From Methylococcaceae bacterium UBA2778 (GTDB taxonomy: Bacteria; Pseudomonadota; Gammaproteobacteria; Methylococcales; UBA2778), in the NCBI GenBank assembly GCA_002352385.1, contig DEII01000052.1, positions 5,580 to 69,579 on the forward strand: a DNA stretch of 64,000 nt. The letters run 5' to 3'. A model generated the notes under the pieces. That model worked only from the letters and a program-made list of their open reading frames with translations. It did not search any database and was not told where the DNA came from. The position numbers were made by a program, and so were the translations under genes. Shown piece by piece: positions 1 through 12,100 of the stretch. Position 1 is the stretch's first letter, and every line of letters starts with the position of its first letter.

Positions 1-597
1 TTCATCATTTTCTCTTAAACCTTTTTTACAAATACCGGAAAAATCAATATATCCGATGTGTTCAGCATCTTTTGGTATATACCCAGCATTTGATAACCCG
101 GAAACTACTGCATATCTGCTTCTGATACGGTGTTCGCGGTTTTCGGCATATGGGCCGCCTGACACCATTACAGCCAGTACGTGCAAATCAGCTATATGAC
201 TGTCGACTTCGATATCGCGCAGAATCTGACATCGTAATTCTTTAATTGAATGTGCAGAGGTACTTAACAAAATTTCGGTTTCATTTTCGTTACTAAAGCT
301 ACAGACTCGATGTAGTTGGTCCTGATATTTAGTGTACTCTGCGAGAGTAGATGTTTTTAATACTGCTGGTTTGCTAATTTTGCCAGAATGCATGTCCTTT
401 CGATGCCTTTCGATTGCCTCGAAGGGATCTTGCCAAAGTCGCGCCAGTACATCTTCGGCGGTTGATGTTATTTTTTGAGGTGCTTCAGGTCGCGTGGGGT
501 TGAATGGATTATCAGAAAATACCAGGACACCGAGCGCAAGTACCACTAGCGCTATCCCGGGAATTGGAAACTGGCCAGATGATTTATTGTCGTTCAT
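1..597 (-). CDS. hypothetical membrane-anchored protein; its 3' end runs off the window edge
   Basis: Own translation of the minus strand. ATG at 597..595 gives MNDNKSSGQFPIPGIALVVLALGVLVFSDNPF... and stays open to position 1. There is one N-terminal hydrophobic segment. It is absent from the ORF track because it has no in-window stop. No family recognised. Confidence 0.5.
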   Translation of the reverse strand, partial: MNDNKSSGQFPIPGIALVVLALGVLVFSDNPFNPTRPEAPQKITSTAEDVLARLWQDPFEAIERHRKDMHSGKISKPAVLKTSTLAEYTKYQDQLHRVCSFSNENETEILLSTSAHSIKELRCQILRDIEVDSHIADLHVLAVMVSGGPYAENREHRIRSRYAVVSGLSNAGYIPKDAEHIGYIDFSGICKKGLRENDE

Positions 598-893
598 ATT
601 AGAAATATCAGCGTGTTATGTTTTGTAAAAACGATTGAACACTGCAATAAGTATCTGTGCTTTGATTCTTAGGCATAGACACACCCTCTCCCTTAGTCAT
701 GTGCTTATAATCGAAACAAATTTTATATGTATATGTGTTTAGTTTTTTCAGGTAAAAGGTCAATACGACTCTATCAAACTTCATTATTATTCTTATTGTA
801 ACACACTAAGATTAGTCTGAAGTTCCTGGAGCCGATAGTTGAAACTCTCTTATCTATCATGAAGATAGAGGGATCAGTGGGTGTCCGTGCTGC

Positions 894-1196
894 CTACAAC
901 TGAATGGTTTTCAGTAAATCGAGGGCCTGCTGTTGGGTTTGATTGGGTGTCGTAATGATCTCAAAGGCACCGGTATCGTCATCGAACCCTGGGGCATAAA
1001 CGAGGTTGAGAACGATCCCGCTGAGCGATTCGATCAATGTTTGAAAGCTTTGGACTTGGGTGCCGTCTTCCAGTGTCTTGGTGCGCACTTTATGCTGCGC
1101 AGACTCCGAACGCTGTGCAGGAGCAACCGGATCCCGAAGCGCTTTTGCTTCCAGCTCCTCGTCACAAAACAGCAGCGGCCGCCACGCCTCCCGCAT
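894..1196 (-). CDS. 100-aa ORF of unknown function, possibly an IS-derived remnant
   Basis: ORF-track ORF (MREAWRPLLFCDEELEAKALRDPVAPAQRS...TPNQTQQQALDLL). It vaguely recalls C-terminal tails of some transposases, but I cannot name the family. It sits among IS fragments. Confidence 0.25.
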   Translation of the reverse strand: MREAWRPLLFCDEELEAKALRDPVAPAQRSESAQHKVRTKTLEDGTQVQSFQTLIESLSGIVLNLVYAPGFDDDTGAFEIITTPNQTQQQALDLLKTIQL

Positions 1197-1331
1197 ATAC
1201 CTATAACGCTCCCTATTGTCAAGACCAAAACCTATAATATTTAAGATAGTGCATTGTCTTCCTCTTTTATTAAAAAATAGTTATTGTTGCGCCGCAGGCG
1301 TCCTAATTTGTGGCACTCACCTGTCGCGGCG

Positions 1332-1449
1332 GAGTGTGGTCAAAGGGTGAATGAGTGTGGTCAAGTTGTGGGAAACGCCTAAGGCGTTTTCCATCAGCTT
1401 GTCCACACGTTCCGGAGCGCAGCGGAGGACATTCACGCTTTGTCCACAC
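1332..1449. repeat. imperfect palindromic element carrying four copies of GTGTGG(T/A)CAA
   Basis: GAGTGTGGTCAA occurs at 1332-1343 and 1353-1364. TTGTCCACAC, the reverse complement of GTGTGGACAA, occurs at 1399-1408 and 1440-1449. GTGTGGTCAAAGGGTGAAT (1335-1353) matches the reverse complement of 1431-1449 at 17 of 19 positions. A central hairpin GGGAAACGCC-TAA-GGCGTTTTCC lies at about 1370-1392. Confidence 0.6.
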
Positions 1450-1472
1450 GGAGTCCGCCTCTCGACCCTGCA

Positions 1473-1784
1473 TCATTGCATTGTACCAGCCAAATACACT
1501 TCAGCGGGCGTTTTGTCATCCAATGACTGATGAGGCCTCTCATGATTGTAAAACTCGAAATATTCCTTCAGTCCCTGGAAGGCGTCACTGACGGTCCTGA
1601 AACCTTGCAAATACACCTTTTCGTATTTGACTGAACGCCAGAGTCGTTCGACAAAAATATTGTCCAACGCCCGCCCTCTGCCATCCATGCTCACCTGGAT
1701 GCCTTTGTCCAACAGAGGCTTCGTAAACCGATTGGTGGTAAATTGGCTTCCTTGGTCTGTATTGAATATTTCGGCATCCTTCAT
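1473..1784 (-). pseudogene. IS3-family transposase OrfB, C-terminal fragment only (rve/DDE domain tail)
   Basis: The 103-aa ORF ...NTDQGSQFTTNRFTKPLLDKGIQVSMDGRGRALDNIFVERLWRSVKYEKVYL...YNHERPHQSL aligns by eye with the C-terminal third of the intact OrfB at 3897..4700. The N-terminal two thirds and orfA are absent. Confidence 0.85.
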
Positions 1785-1957
1785 TTCTCGGTTTACACTT
1801 TAATGTTTATAAAAAGGTAAATAGCTCATAATATAAATTTGAATCCAAAGTAGTTGATCTTATTGCAACCACATATTCGGTAAATCACCACAATACTAGA
1901 CAAACGATACATTTTCCTGTATAACGAACTGGGGGTGTTTTTTTAGTTCGTTTTACA

Positions 1958-3030
1958 TTGAGATTTGTATCTATGATATTACCAAATACAGCAAAGGTTA
2001 AATCTTCCTTTGAAGACCAATTTGACAGAAGACTATTTACTCGGCGTACCGATCTTTCAAACAGGATACGCGTAGCGATAGCCATTAATGCTCTTTATGC
2101 TATGTTGCACGGCGTATGGGGAACGATCAGCAATCTGGCGATTGAATACAGCATATCCAGAACTTTTGTATATTCCCTTGCCCATACGCTAAACGAAGCC
2201 GGGCAGTTTCTTTTTCAGAAACAGCTGAATTCGCCCATTCCTTATCTCTTCGAGGACTATCGATTTATATGATGCTGTCACTTCGACTGGAGGGGCGAAG
2301 CAGTATTGGTGCAATCTCGACGATCATGAATCGATTTGAGCTTGAGTTGTCCTCTACTGGCTCCATTAGTCAAATACTATCACGTATCGGGGGCTTGCTG
2401 CCAATGACGATATCCCCAGAAGACGGCGCCACTCAATATCTTGTATTTGCCAGTGATGAGATCTTTTCGAAAACCACTCCGATCCTGGTGACCGTGGATC
2501 CGTGCAGTAGCACGATTCTTCGAATCGAACTGGCCGATAGCCGGAAGGCCGAAGATTGGAAAAACCACTTTGAGTGTCTCTTTGATAACGGAGTGGAAGC
2601 GATTTATTTGGTTTCCGATGAAGGTATGGGAATACGCGCCGGCCATGCAGAGGCGATGAGTGATGTCGTGCGGCAGTCTGATACCTATCATGCCATTGCC
2701 CACCAGCTTGGGAATTGGATGGATCGCCTTGAGAAGGCGGCTTACAAGGCGATTGACATAGAGGATGCGTGCGAAAAAAAACTGGATTCGGCAAAGAGCG
2801 ACCAAGCGCAGGAGGAACGGCTGGCGGAATACGAGAACGTCGCTGAGGCCGCCGAGAAGGCGGTTACGCTTTACGATAATTTCAGCTATCTTTATCGTTG
2901 TCTTCTCGGTGAACTCAATGTATTCGACAATAACGGCAATCTGCGTAGTCGACAACAAGCCGAACGGGCGCATTCTCAAAATGTGGACATTCTTCACAAA
3001 CGAAGTAAGCTGAGCAACATCATGAGGTAG
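1958..3030 (+). CDS. putative DDE transposase split into two overlapping ORFs (1958..2272 and 2269..3030, ATGA overlap); IS family uncertain
   Basis: The first ORF looks like an HTH-type N-terminus. The second carries the pattern ...FASDEIFSKTTPILVTVDPCSSTILRIELADSRKAEDW...LVSDEGMGIRAG...QSDTYHAI, the D...D layout I associate with ISKra4/ISNCY-like transposases (recalled, not searched). It appears short at the C-terminus. Confidence 0.45.
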
Positions 3031-3567
3031 ACAAACGTGCACGATCAGAGGATCGTAGTGGTGACTTTAACCGCCTATAGGAAAGCACCACGATGACCCA
3101 GGAACTGTGCACGAGTACGGATATTGACTGCGTTGACTCAGAAATACAAGGCCTAATTGATAGCTTCATGTTTGCTGTGGCTGTGGCGCCGGATTTAGAA
3201 GATGCACAGTCTATTGAAAGGCGAGAGATTGATCTGCGTGCTTGGGTAGGCGCATTGTCAGCCAAGGTGCTTGAACGGGATATCCAGGCAGCAATCGATT
3301 CAGAAAAAATAAGGAAAGATGAGCGAGAACTGATTAAAGGTTGGCCGAAGAAGTTAAAGAATCGGGGCGTGAGAGAGGTTACACTGCAAACGTCATGGGG
3401 CATCGCAATTACCGTCCGAGCCCGTTATTATTCTGGCAATGGAAAAAAGGCTAAAGGCAAAGGAATGTACCCGGCATTACGGCTATTGGGAATCTATGAT
3501 CGTTGCACGCCGTATAGTGGACCCCAATATTTGAACCACCGAATAAGCTAAGCTTATCGGTCCGAAA

Positions 3568-3867
3568 ATGAGGGTAACCATGACAACAAAACGAAAAAGG
3601 CATAGCGCGGATTTCAAAGCAAAGATTGCGCTGGAAGCGGTTAAGGGCGTCAACACGCTCGCTGAATTGAGCAGCCGGCATGGTGTCCATGCGACCCAGA
3701 TCAGCGAATGGAAGCGACAGCTGCTGGCGGGCGTTCGAGACATTTTCGCCACGCGCCGGAGCAAGGAAGATCGTGACCAGCAGGCGCTCCAGGCGAGCCT
3801 GTATGAGGAGATTGGCAGGCTCAAGGTGGAACTTGGATTGGTTAAAAAAAAACACTTCCAGAATTAG
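3568..3867 (+). CDS. IS3-family transposase OrfA (HTH)
   Basis: The 99-aa sequence MRVTMTTKRKRHSADFKAKIALEAVKGVNTLAELSSRHGVHATQISEWKRQLL... is a typical IS3 OrfA with a leucine-zipper-like tail. Confidence 0.9.
   Translation: MRVTMTTKRKRHSADFKAKIALEAVKGVNTLAELSSRHGVHATQISEWKRQLLAGVRDIFATRRSKEDRDQQALQASLYEEIGRLKVELGLVKKKHFQN
3844..3852 (+). promoter_or_regulatory. programmed -1 ribosomal frameshift site (A9 run) joining orfA to orfB
   Basis: Nine consecutive A residues are read AAA AAA AAA in the orfA frame. The -1 frame opens exactly here and runs into orfB. This arrangement is classical for IS3-family elements. Confidence 0.75.
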
Positions 3868-3896
3868 TTGAGGTTAAACGGGAGTGGATTGATCCG

Positions 3897-4700
3897 ATGC
3901 ATCCGGAATTGAGCATTCGTCGCCAACGCGAATTGATTGGCCTTTGTCGGTCAAGCCTGTATTATCAGCCCGCGCAGGAAAGCGAGGACAACCTGATGCT
4001 GATGCGCCTGATCGACGAACAGTACCTGCGTACACCATTTTATGGTTCGCGCCGAATGACCGTGTATCTCAATGATCTTGACTATGGAGTCAACCGCAAG
4101 CGGATACAGCGATTGATGCGGAAAATGGGGTTGGAAGGACTGGCGCCGGGGCCGAATACGAGCCGAAAGCACCCCCGACACAAGATCTATCCATATCTGC
4201 TGAATAATCTCGAGGTAGCGTATCCAAATCATGTGTGGAGCGTCGATATTACCTATATCCCGATGCGGTTGGGGTTCATGTACCTGGTGGCAATCCTCGA
4301 CTGGTACAGCCGCTACGTCGTTGCTTGGGCGCTTTCCAATAGCTTGGAGACCCTGTTTTGTCTGGAGAGTTTGGACGAAGCGTTAAATCGAGCACGGCCG
4401 GAGATCTTCAATAGCGATCAAGGAGTGCAGTTTACATCCGATGCTTTTACCGGCAAGCTGAAAGCCCAGGACATACAGATCAGCATGGACGGTCGAGGCC
4501 GGGCCTTTGACAACATATTCGTGGAGCGCTTGTGGCGTACGGTCAAGTATGAGGACATTTATCTCAAGGACTATACAACGGTTATCGAATTGGAGCAGGG
4601 GCTGAAGCGCTATTTTCGTTTTTACAACGAGGAACGGCCGCATCAAGCCCTAAGCTATCGCACTCCAGCTGCGGTATATCTCGACCAGGGACGGAAATGA
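3897..4700 (+). CDS. IS3-family transposase OrfB (DDE/rve), probably expressed as an OrfAB fusion
   Basis: HVWSVDITYIP...LVAILDWYSRYVVAW...NSDQGVQFTS...FVERLWRTVKYE...ERPHQAL. The orfB frame is open from 3846, directly after a TAA at 3843-3845. Confidence 0.9.
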   Translation: MHPELSIRRQRELIGLCRSSLYYQPAQESEDNLMLMRLIDEQYLRTPFYGSRRMTVYLNDLDYGVNRKRIQRLMRKMGLEGLAPGPNTSRKHPRHKIYPYLLNNLEVAYPNHVWSVDITYIPMRLGFMYLVAILDWYSRYVVAWALSNSLETLFCLESLDEALNRARPEIFNSDQGVQFTSDAFTGKLKAQDIQISMDGRGRAFDNIFVERLWRTVKYEDIYLKDYTTVIELEQGLKRYFRFYNEERPHQALSYRTPAAVYLDQGRK

Positions 4701-6118
4701 GGAGTGGTGGATAAGCCATGGACGGCTCTGTGGACACACAGGCCGCCCACAGCTTACCCACCACGGGTTATTTTGATACAACAATAATTTGTTTATTTTT
4801 AGCTGGAAATGGTCTTGACAGTGGGGTCCACCATACCGAATGACAGGTTCTGAAGCCGCCAGAACGCTGGCAGCGCTGAGCTCTATGGAGGAAGCACGCA
4901 ACGAGTTGCAACAGCGTGGTATTCGTCTGAGTGTTAATGCCATCTGTCGGATCGCCTACCAATGGGCGGAACGGGTGCGCCAGCGATTGGGCCATGAAGC
5001 GGTTCAATTGGTCGATAAAGCTGGAAAGCGGCGGGTAGTCGTGTCGAGCGATGGTGGGCGGGTGCGAATACGCCGTAACAAAAAAGGACAGAAAACCAAG
5101 AAAGGGCGCTCTCGCTATCATACCGATTGGAAAGAGCCCAAATTATTGATCATCTATACCGTCGATGAGCAGGGCCGCCGAGAAAAGCAGTTTTCACCCT
5201 ACATTGATGGAACGATGAAAGGGCCGGATGTTTTGTACGGGTATATCCGTTTCTATCTCAGAAAATTGGAGATCACCAAAGCCGAGTCCGTTGTCTTCGT
5301 TTCCGACGGTGCGCCTTGGATTTGGGAGCGCATCCCCGGTTTGATGATGGACTTGGGTCTCAATCCAAAACAGGTTTTTCCTGTTTTGGACTTCTACCAT
5401 GCAGTTGAACACCTCGCCAAGGTCACTCAACTGCGCAAAAAATGGACTGCAAAAGAGCGTAAAGCCTGGCTGACGAAACATCGTCGCATGCTGAAACGAG
5501 GTGAAGTGGAAGCAGTGATCAAACAGATCCGCTCGCTATGCTGGGGTGGAAATAAGGCGATACGAACCGAACTGAACTATTTCATCAAGCACAAAGCCCA
5601 CATGGCCTATGATAAATTGAAGGTATTAGGCCTTCCAATCGGAAGCGGGGCTATAGAAAGTGCTATTCGGCGTGTTCTTAATTTGCGTATCAAAGGGCCT
5701 GCGATTTACTGGAAAGAAGAAAGTGCCGAGGCAATCATATTGCTCCGCTCCTATTTCAAGGCTGGCCGCTGGAACACATTGAAAAGTATAGCGTTAGCGC
5801 CAACAATAAAGGTCGTCGCATAGTCCACAAAACGAGAATGCGCCCTGCGCAATCGGGGATGAGAACGGCATTAACCGTCCGTTCTATCTGGTATTTAAAA
5901 TGTTTACCCCCCATCTTTGATATGCCAGTTCCGCTTAAGCACGGATTTTTGAATATCTATCCAGTTTTCATTACTTCACATATAAGCATAATCCTGGAAG
6001 ATAACTAGCCGAAATGAGCAATACTTACTCATTCACTCCATAAAGCCTGGCTCCAGACCGATTAACCATAACGGAATGCGATAGAAGGCCTGCCTTGATC
6101 AAATCATGAATTTATCTG

Positions 6119-9100
6119 CTAAATTTTCGTCAACTTGTTATAGTGCGTTCTCAAAGTTTGACCATTGGCAAAGTACTTGACAAGGACGAGTCCGATCTGG
6201 TCATCATCGTCGATAGTTGGTAGTGGGGTATCCACTTCTTCTCTGTCCTCTGACTCGAAAGCAAAGAGAGGTTTGCTTCCATTCGTTGGACGCAGGACGC
6301 CCTTGCCGGAACCGGCGTTGGCTGCATCACCAAAGATCAGATTCCGATGCATGACTTGACGGAACCCTTCGTCTTCCTTCGCGTCGACAACCAGCACAGC
6401 ACAGCACTTGGGGGTGGTCGAGGCGTAGGGAACCAGTCGCAGCTTTTTTTCCCCCGCGGAGCCGCCGTATACAACTTCGACAGGATGCTTTTTCCCATCG
6501 CCATCCGTGAACTCACCCTTCCAACTAATTCGAATCGTCTGGGCTTGATCCAATTTTAAATCGTGGTTCTTGTTTTTATCGTGGTTCTTGTTTTTGGAGT
6601 TGAATTGATAAAGCTTGTACTTATTGTCAAGATCCGAGACCATTTCGAACGACTCCTCATCCCCAACGACTATGGGTATTTCTGCCAATGGTGATTTTCC
6701 GGAAGCAGCATTCTGCGGCTCAAGCACCAACACCGGCTTCAGCGTCACGTCCACTGGGTCATCTAAATTTTTCAGTTTAACTTTTACTCTCACCCCTTTG
6801 TCAATCCCCTTCAACTCACTTACCAAAAAGATATTGGGTGGACGACGAGTAGAAAGGTAGGTCTCTACTAAGTGGATTTGATCATCTCCACCTAAGCAGA
6901 CCAGCACCGGACGATCACCAAACATAACGAGACGTCCTGCACGCGAAACAGATGTAACTTCCCGTAGTACACGTCCACTCTCTACATCAATAATCGCTAC
7001 ACGGCGAGTGTCCGGATCATCATCTTTCTTACCAGTGCTAATCGTAAGCAAGGGCCTGCTCGTTTCAACATTCAAACTCATGCTGTTGACCGGCTGGGGA
7101 ACTGGGATCTCGCGAGTGACATCTCCATTTTGATCGTATGATCGGACGTAGCCGTCATCCTCGGCAACGAACAGAACTGGCTCGTGGAAGTTGCCGCTAC
7201 GTACCGAGTGCAGTGCGACGGCCTGTGCGGTGTGTGATGATACGATCGTTGCGACACTTTCCGGTTTATCTTGGGGTTGATCTTTCTCGGGCAGAGTGAG
7301 TCTCCATATTTCCCACTTTTTCCCTTCACCCCAGCAGACGGCGAAGACAACATTAGATTCATCTCCTGCAAGCAACAGGCGATCATAGTCCCCACCCGGT
7401 TTGAACGAATCCGTAAATTGACGAACGTAACCAGGTCCGCCCACGTTTGGGCTCCAGAAGTGAATGATGCGATTGTCGCTATCCTTTTCCAAAGCGGAAA
7501 ACGTATCAAACACCATCGCACCACGCTTTGTCCTCGCGGTCGCCACGTCCAACGCGGCGATGTCGTTTTCCTGCAACGTTAGCGGACTCTTGTCGGACAA
7601 CTGAAATGCCTGGACCTTGCTGTCAGAAGCAGCCAGAATCACAGGAGCCCCCTTGACGTCCTGCGTCAGCGTAACGACGTCATCCGGGGCAATCCTTGGT
7701 TCTAATGTGATCCCCGCCGGGGCCTGTGGGTCGCGCACTGAGGACGCTTCCCACTTTGTCCCGGACTTGGCAAGAACAATGGTGTTTCGCTTGTAGGCGC
7801 GTAACTCGACGTCCGTTGCGCCTGGCAAAGGATCCAGCTCCGCCAACAGATTTGATTCGTTTTTCAAAACAATGGATTGCTTTGTGTTAGCCACCTGCCG
7901 CGCGTCGTAAACGGGAAACAACGGTTGCCGTTCGTCGAGATCAATGAGCTGGTCATTGATCTGAACGATCAGTTGCAAGCAATGTTGAGACTTGGGCTTG
8001 ATTTCAATACGCACGTCATCTGAGGCTACACCTTCCGCTTGCTGGCTTGGCAACTGCCTGATTTCCATTTCGGTTCCGGTCGCGATGATTGGAATCGTGC
8101 CCAGAGTCTCCTTCCATTCGAACAAAACACGGCTACCTAGTCCACCAGACAAGGAACTGTATTTTGTGTTTATCAATTCGATGGACGAGCCGAGTGGCGG
8201 ATTCAATTGCATCGGTTCCCTTAGTGAGAAATCGATGCTCGATCCTAAATGAAACCATGAATCAGTGGGACCTGCTGACTGAGACGATGGCTGCGGTCTA
8301 GTCGAAACAAATTGAAGACGATGGTGCATCATTGCGCCCGGCTTGTCCGGCGCAAGCCGCATGCGTAGCGCAGTTGGATGGAATGTGTGGGTAGGATCTA
8401 GCTCTGATGTAGCTAGTTCAATGATCTTATCTGTGTTATCGCCTCCGTTATTTAGCTCTATTAACAACTCCTTGTTGACGTCGTTATTTAGTACAGTAAT
8501 AAATTCTCCTGCATCATTAAATCCGGCAATAATCCAATTTTTAGAATCATTTGTCGCAACAGCTACAATTAAAACAGCGCATACATCCTTTTTTAAATTA
8601 AATTCAGTTTTGAACTGGTCAATCAAGTCCTCTTTATTACTACCATCACTTGCTAACATTATTCTGAGATCACACCATGTTTTCGGCAAAAACCACTGTC
8701 GAGGCATGCGATGAAATGCGGTTGCTTCTTGCAGCAATAGAGACCGCAGAGTTTTATCTTCCAAGCGCACCGGCTGCGTCGGCTCAGATCGACCAACCAC
8801 GATTTCCCGCCATGCGGTGCGATCCAAATCTCGCTCCACCGATGGCGTGTCCGGGCGCACGGTATATTGGTTGTCCAAAGAGCAGAGCCATTGTCGAGCT
8901 TCCATGTGGGTTAATCGGCGAAGATCCGAACGGATGATTCCAGACGCTTTCTCGGTGCTCGTGGTAGCCGACAGTTGAAAGGACTCACCGGCTGACATCT
9001 CCTGCCCTTCAAGAATCGACAATTGCGGGGTATTGGCGCCACGGACCGTGTGCCGGATAAGGATCCAGCGATTGATTGAATAGTGGGCAAAATCTTGCGA

Positions 9101-12100
9101 ATCGAATAACGCCGACCGACCGATTTCACCGGTCGTGCTAGCCAGGCACTTCATCAGAGAACGGTCAGTGCCACCCTCGGGCGGGCGAGTAACGGACAAG
9201 ATGTTCTCTGTTGAATGCTTGGCTTCTTGCCCTTCATTAATTTCCGCTACAACACCAAGATCCAATATACGAGTTCCGGAAGCATCCGACAGAACGGGTT
9301 GTATCAACCATCTCACGGTTTCATCTTCAGAATGCTTGTCCTTAGCCTTATCATCGGATAGCTTGTCTATTTCGGGTTTCACTACGATCGATTTCGCATC
9401 AACCGGAGCAAACCGTAACCGCGACCCCAGCCCTTGTAGATGAGTCAATCGTGCAATATGCGGCGATGCGATGCCGAATGGCACCAGAGCTTCACTATCG
9501 AGGCACCTATCGACCGGAACCAGTTCATTCGATAATTCCACGACTTTGATGGTACATGTCTCTTCGACTCCGACGAATTGTACGAACAGTTCGGACTTAG
9601 GATTGGACGTGTCCGAAGCTGCCAGGTTGATGGTATGCATTAAGTGCAGATGTGGATCGGCAAAGGCTGCGTCAAGATTAATCACATCGTCATCTGCCGA
9701 CGTCTTGGCAGGAACCGCACGATAGAGGCCGGGAAGTAATTCGAAGTCTGAAGTCTTGGTAAAATCATCTTTGAAGGTACACTGGCAGCGTAAAGGTCCT
9801 TGAAAGATGCCGGATTTTATGTCGAGCTCAAGGAACCCTGTCAGGTTGTAAGCAAGGATCCCTTTTTCAACAGTGATCAGCTGATCAGAGATAAAAAGTG
9901 TTGCTTTTTGACCCTCCCCCAGAGTGATTTTCAGAACACCACCAAGCACTATCTCCTGATGGTTCTCCTCACCACGACCGAACAGACGTGCTCGCAATTC
10001 AACCCGGTTAAAAGTCGCGTTGAAGTTCATGATGGAACCGTCTTGCGTAGCAATACGGACTTCTGTGTCGTCCTGGCGATGGATTACCTGTGTGACGGTA
10101 CCCGCCAATTTTCCTCCCTTTTCCCGCCATAGGGTGAGCATGCCCGCAGCGGCAGAACCACCCGCCAACGGATCGATCAGGAGCGCATACATTCCTTGTC
10201 GGTAAACACCGGCCAGCATCGGTGTGTGACTGTCGTTCCACGTGCGTCTGTTGGTGAGTGCCACACTGCCATCGTGACAGACTCGGGCGTGTACCTCGAA
10301 ACCCAGCGCATCAACGTCAGAAACTTCCAAAGAGACCTCTGAATCAGCCCTGACTCGTCCAGTTTCGTCCAATTGAATCAAACCATCAATGGACCAAACA
10401 CCGAGGTTGCCAGGCGAAGCGACCAGAACCTGAACGCTATCACCGGCTTTGGCAACTGCGGAATGAATCGAGAGAGCGCCGGTTTTGAATGCCCAACGAT
10501 GCAGTGGTTGGGTATGCTGGTCGGAAAAAGACCAAAGTGAAAGGGATGTTTCATCTTTACCTACTTTTGTTCTTGTCAGTAGATGTGGGCGCTGACCAAG
10601 AGTAACAACATCCTGCAGAATGGTAGAATCCGCAAGCGACACCTCGGTAATCTTGAGTGCTGTCTTGTTACTGATGTCGATAGTATACAAGTGACACGTA
10701 TTGCTGCCTTTTAACTTAAGCGCTGCGGTAATTTCAGTGTTAGATCGCAGATCGAAAGATGCGAAATCGAACTTTAACGATTCTCCCAACCTGATATGCG
10801 CGTCCTTTTCCAGTTCAGAACCGATCGGCCACAACATCGCTCCCTCGTCGTCGGCAACCAGTCCGAACCCTTGAGAAACCGCAACGGCTTCAATCGTCCC
10901 TTTTGTGTCAGGCAATTCTGCCTCTGTCCAATCAATCATTGTCCAGGTACGCACCGCTTCAGCCTCAAATCCAACAATAACAGAACCACTCCCAGCCTGT
11001 TCGGCAAACTCGACACGAGTGAGTTCGTTGGATGCTTTCAGAGTAGCCCGCGTTTTTTCTAAATTCAGATCGACTACACGAATCTCTTTACTTCCATCCA
11101 CGGTTGCAAGGTGTGGCGCCCAAACACCACCTGCGGCAAAGGGAACAGGTTTTTGGGCGATCGATCTGAGTGTAAATAGCTCGCTCTTTCCAGGGTCGAG
11201 CAAATCAAAAGCCCGCGATTCAGAAATACCCTTGTCGTTTACCACCGTGGTTGGACCTGGCCCCACAACGGCCTTTGAAGTTGCCGCGGTACGAACGATC
11301 TGGATAACAGCAGACGACCAGGATGGCAATGAATCGGTGTGTTCACGACGTTTCCAGCCACCGGGATCCGCACCGGAACTCGGTACAAACACGAACGAGT
11401 ACAATTTGGTTTCAAACACTGCCCCTTCTCGAACAGGCACTGCAGCTACAAGAAAATGTGTCTGTGCGTCGTGAGAGAAACATTTGAGCGAGATGCTTTT
11501 TTTTTCAGGATCAGCGACAGTTGAAAAATCAAACTCAGGAACAATTGAAGGATCAGGGTCAAACTGACCACTGGACTCCTTATAAGACTTTATCGACTTA
11601 TTGTCTTTGCCAACAGCGACAAAAACAGCAAGAGTACCATCACTGAGGCCAATCGCTACGGAGTCGATAGAACCCGAAGGATCAATCGACAGCGGTTCCT
11701 GAATAGAAAGTACATTATCAGACTGTACCTTCCATAATAGCGCCTCTGTTTCTGTTCCAGCACCGACCCAAAGCGTTGCGTTAAAGGAACGAATATCAAT
11801 TCCAGTCGAAAGCGATCTGTTATTGCCAGGCAGTTCAGACAAAGTCCCTTGAGCGACCTCAAGCACATAACCTCGACCATCAATAATCGCAGCAACATAC
11901 GCTTCTCCTTGGTGCTCGGTTCCAACAAGCATCGTCACCGCGCCTGCGGCGATGTTTAATTGACGCAGTTTCTTGCCGCTTAACGCGTCCCATATTCGCA
12001 CTTCGCCAGCTTCGTCACCAGTGACCAAATAGGTATTGCGTTGATCGGACACCAGACAGCATTTCGTTATGGAAAAATCATGGATAACATTATTGAGGTT

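Larger units (their letters stand above)
3510..4838 (+). mobile_element. intact IS3-family insertion sequence (about 1.3 kb), boundaries +/-10 bp
   Basis: Terminal inverted repeats: CCGTATAGTGGACCCCA (3510-3526) matches the reverse complement of 4822-4838 (CGGTATGGTGGACCCCA) at 15 of 17 positions. It contains orfA, orfB and an A9 slippery run. CCG at 3510-3512 and 4836-4838 could be a 3-bp target duplication, but that model does not restore the host reading frame, so the exact ends are uncertain. Confidence 0.85.
3093..5823 (+). pseudogene. ISKra4/ISLre2-like transposase gene interrupted by an IS3-family insertion (N-terminal part 3093..~3512, C-terminal part ~4837..5823)
   Basis: The N-terminal ORF ends ...GMYPALRLLGIYDRCTP and then reads into the IS. 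The C-terminal ORF carries VFVSDGAPWIWERI, FYHAVEHL and PIGSGAIESAIRRV, which are typical of this transposase type (recalled). Confidence 0.7.

Noticed and set aside
2380-3042. 220-aa minus-strand ORF opposite the split DDE transposase.
   Set aside because: The plus-strand frame carries the D...D transposase pattern. The minus-strand product has no motif.
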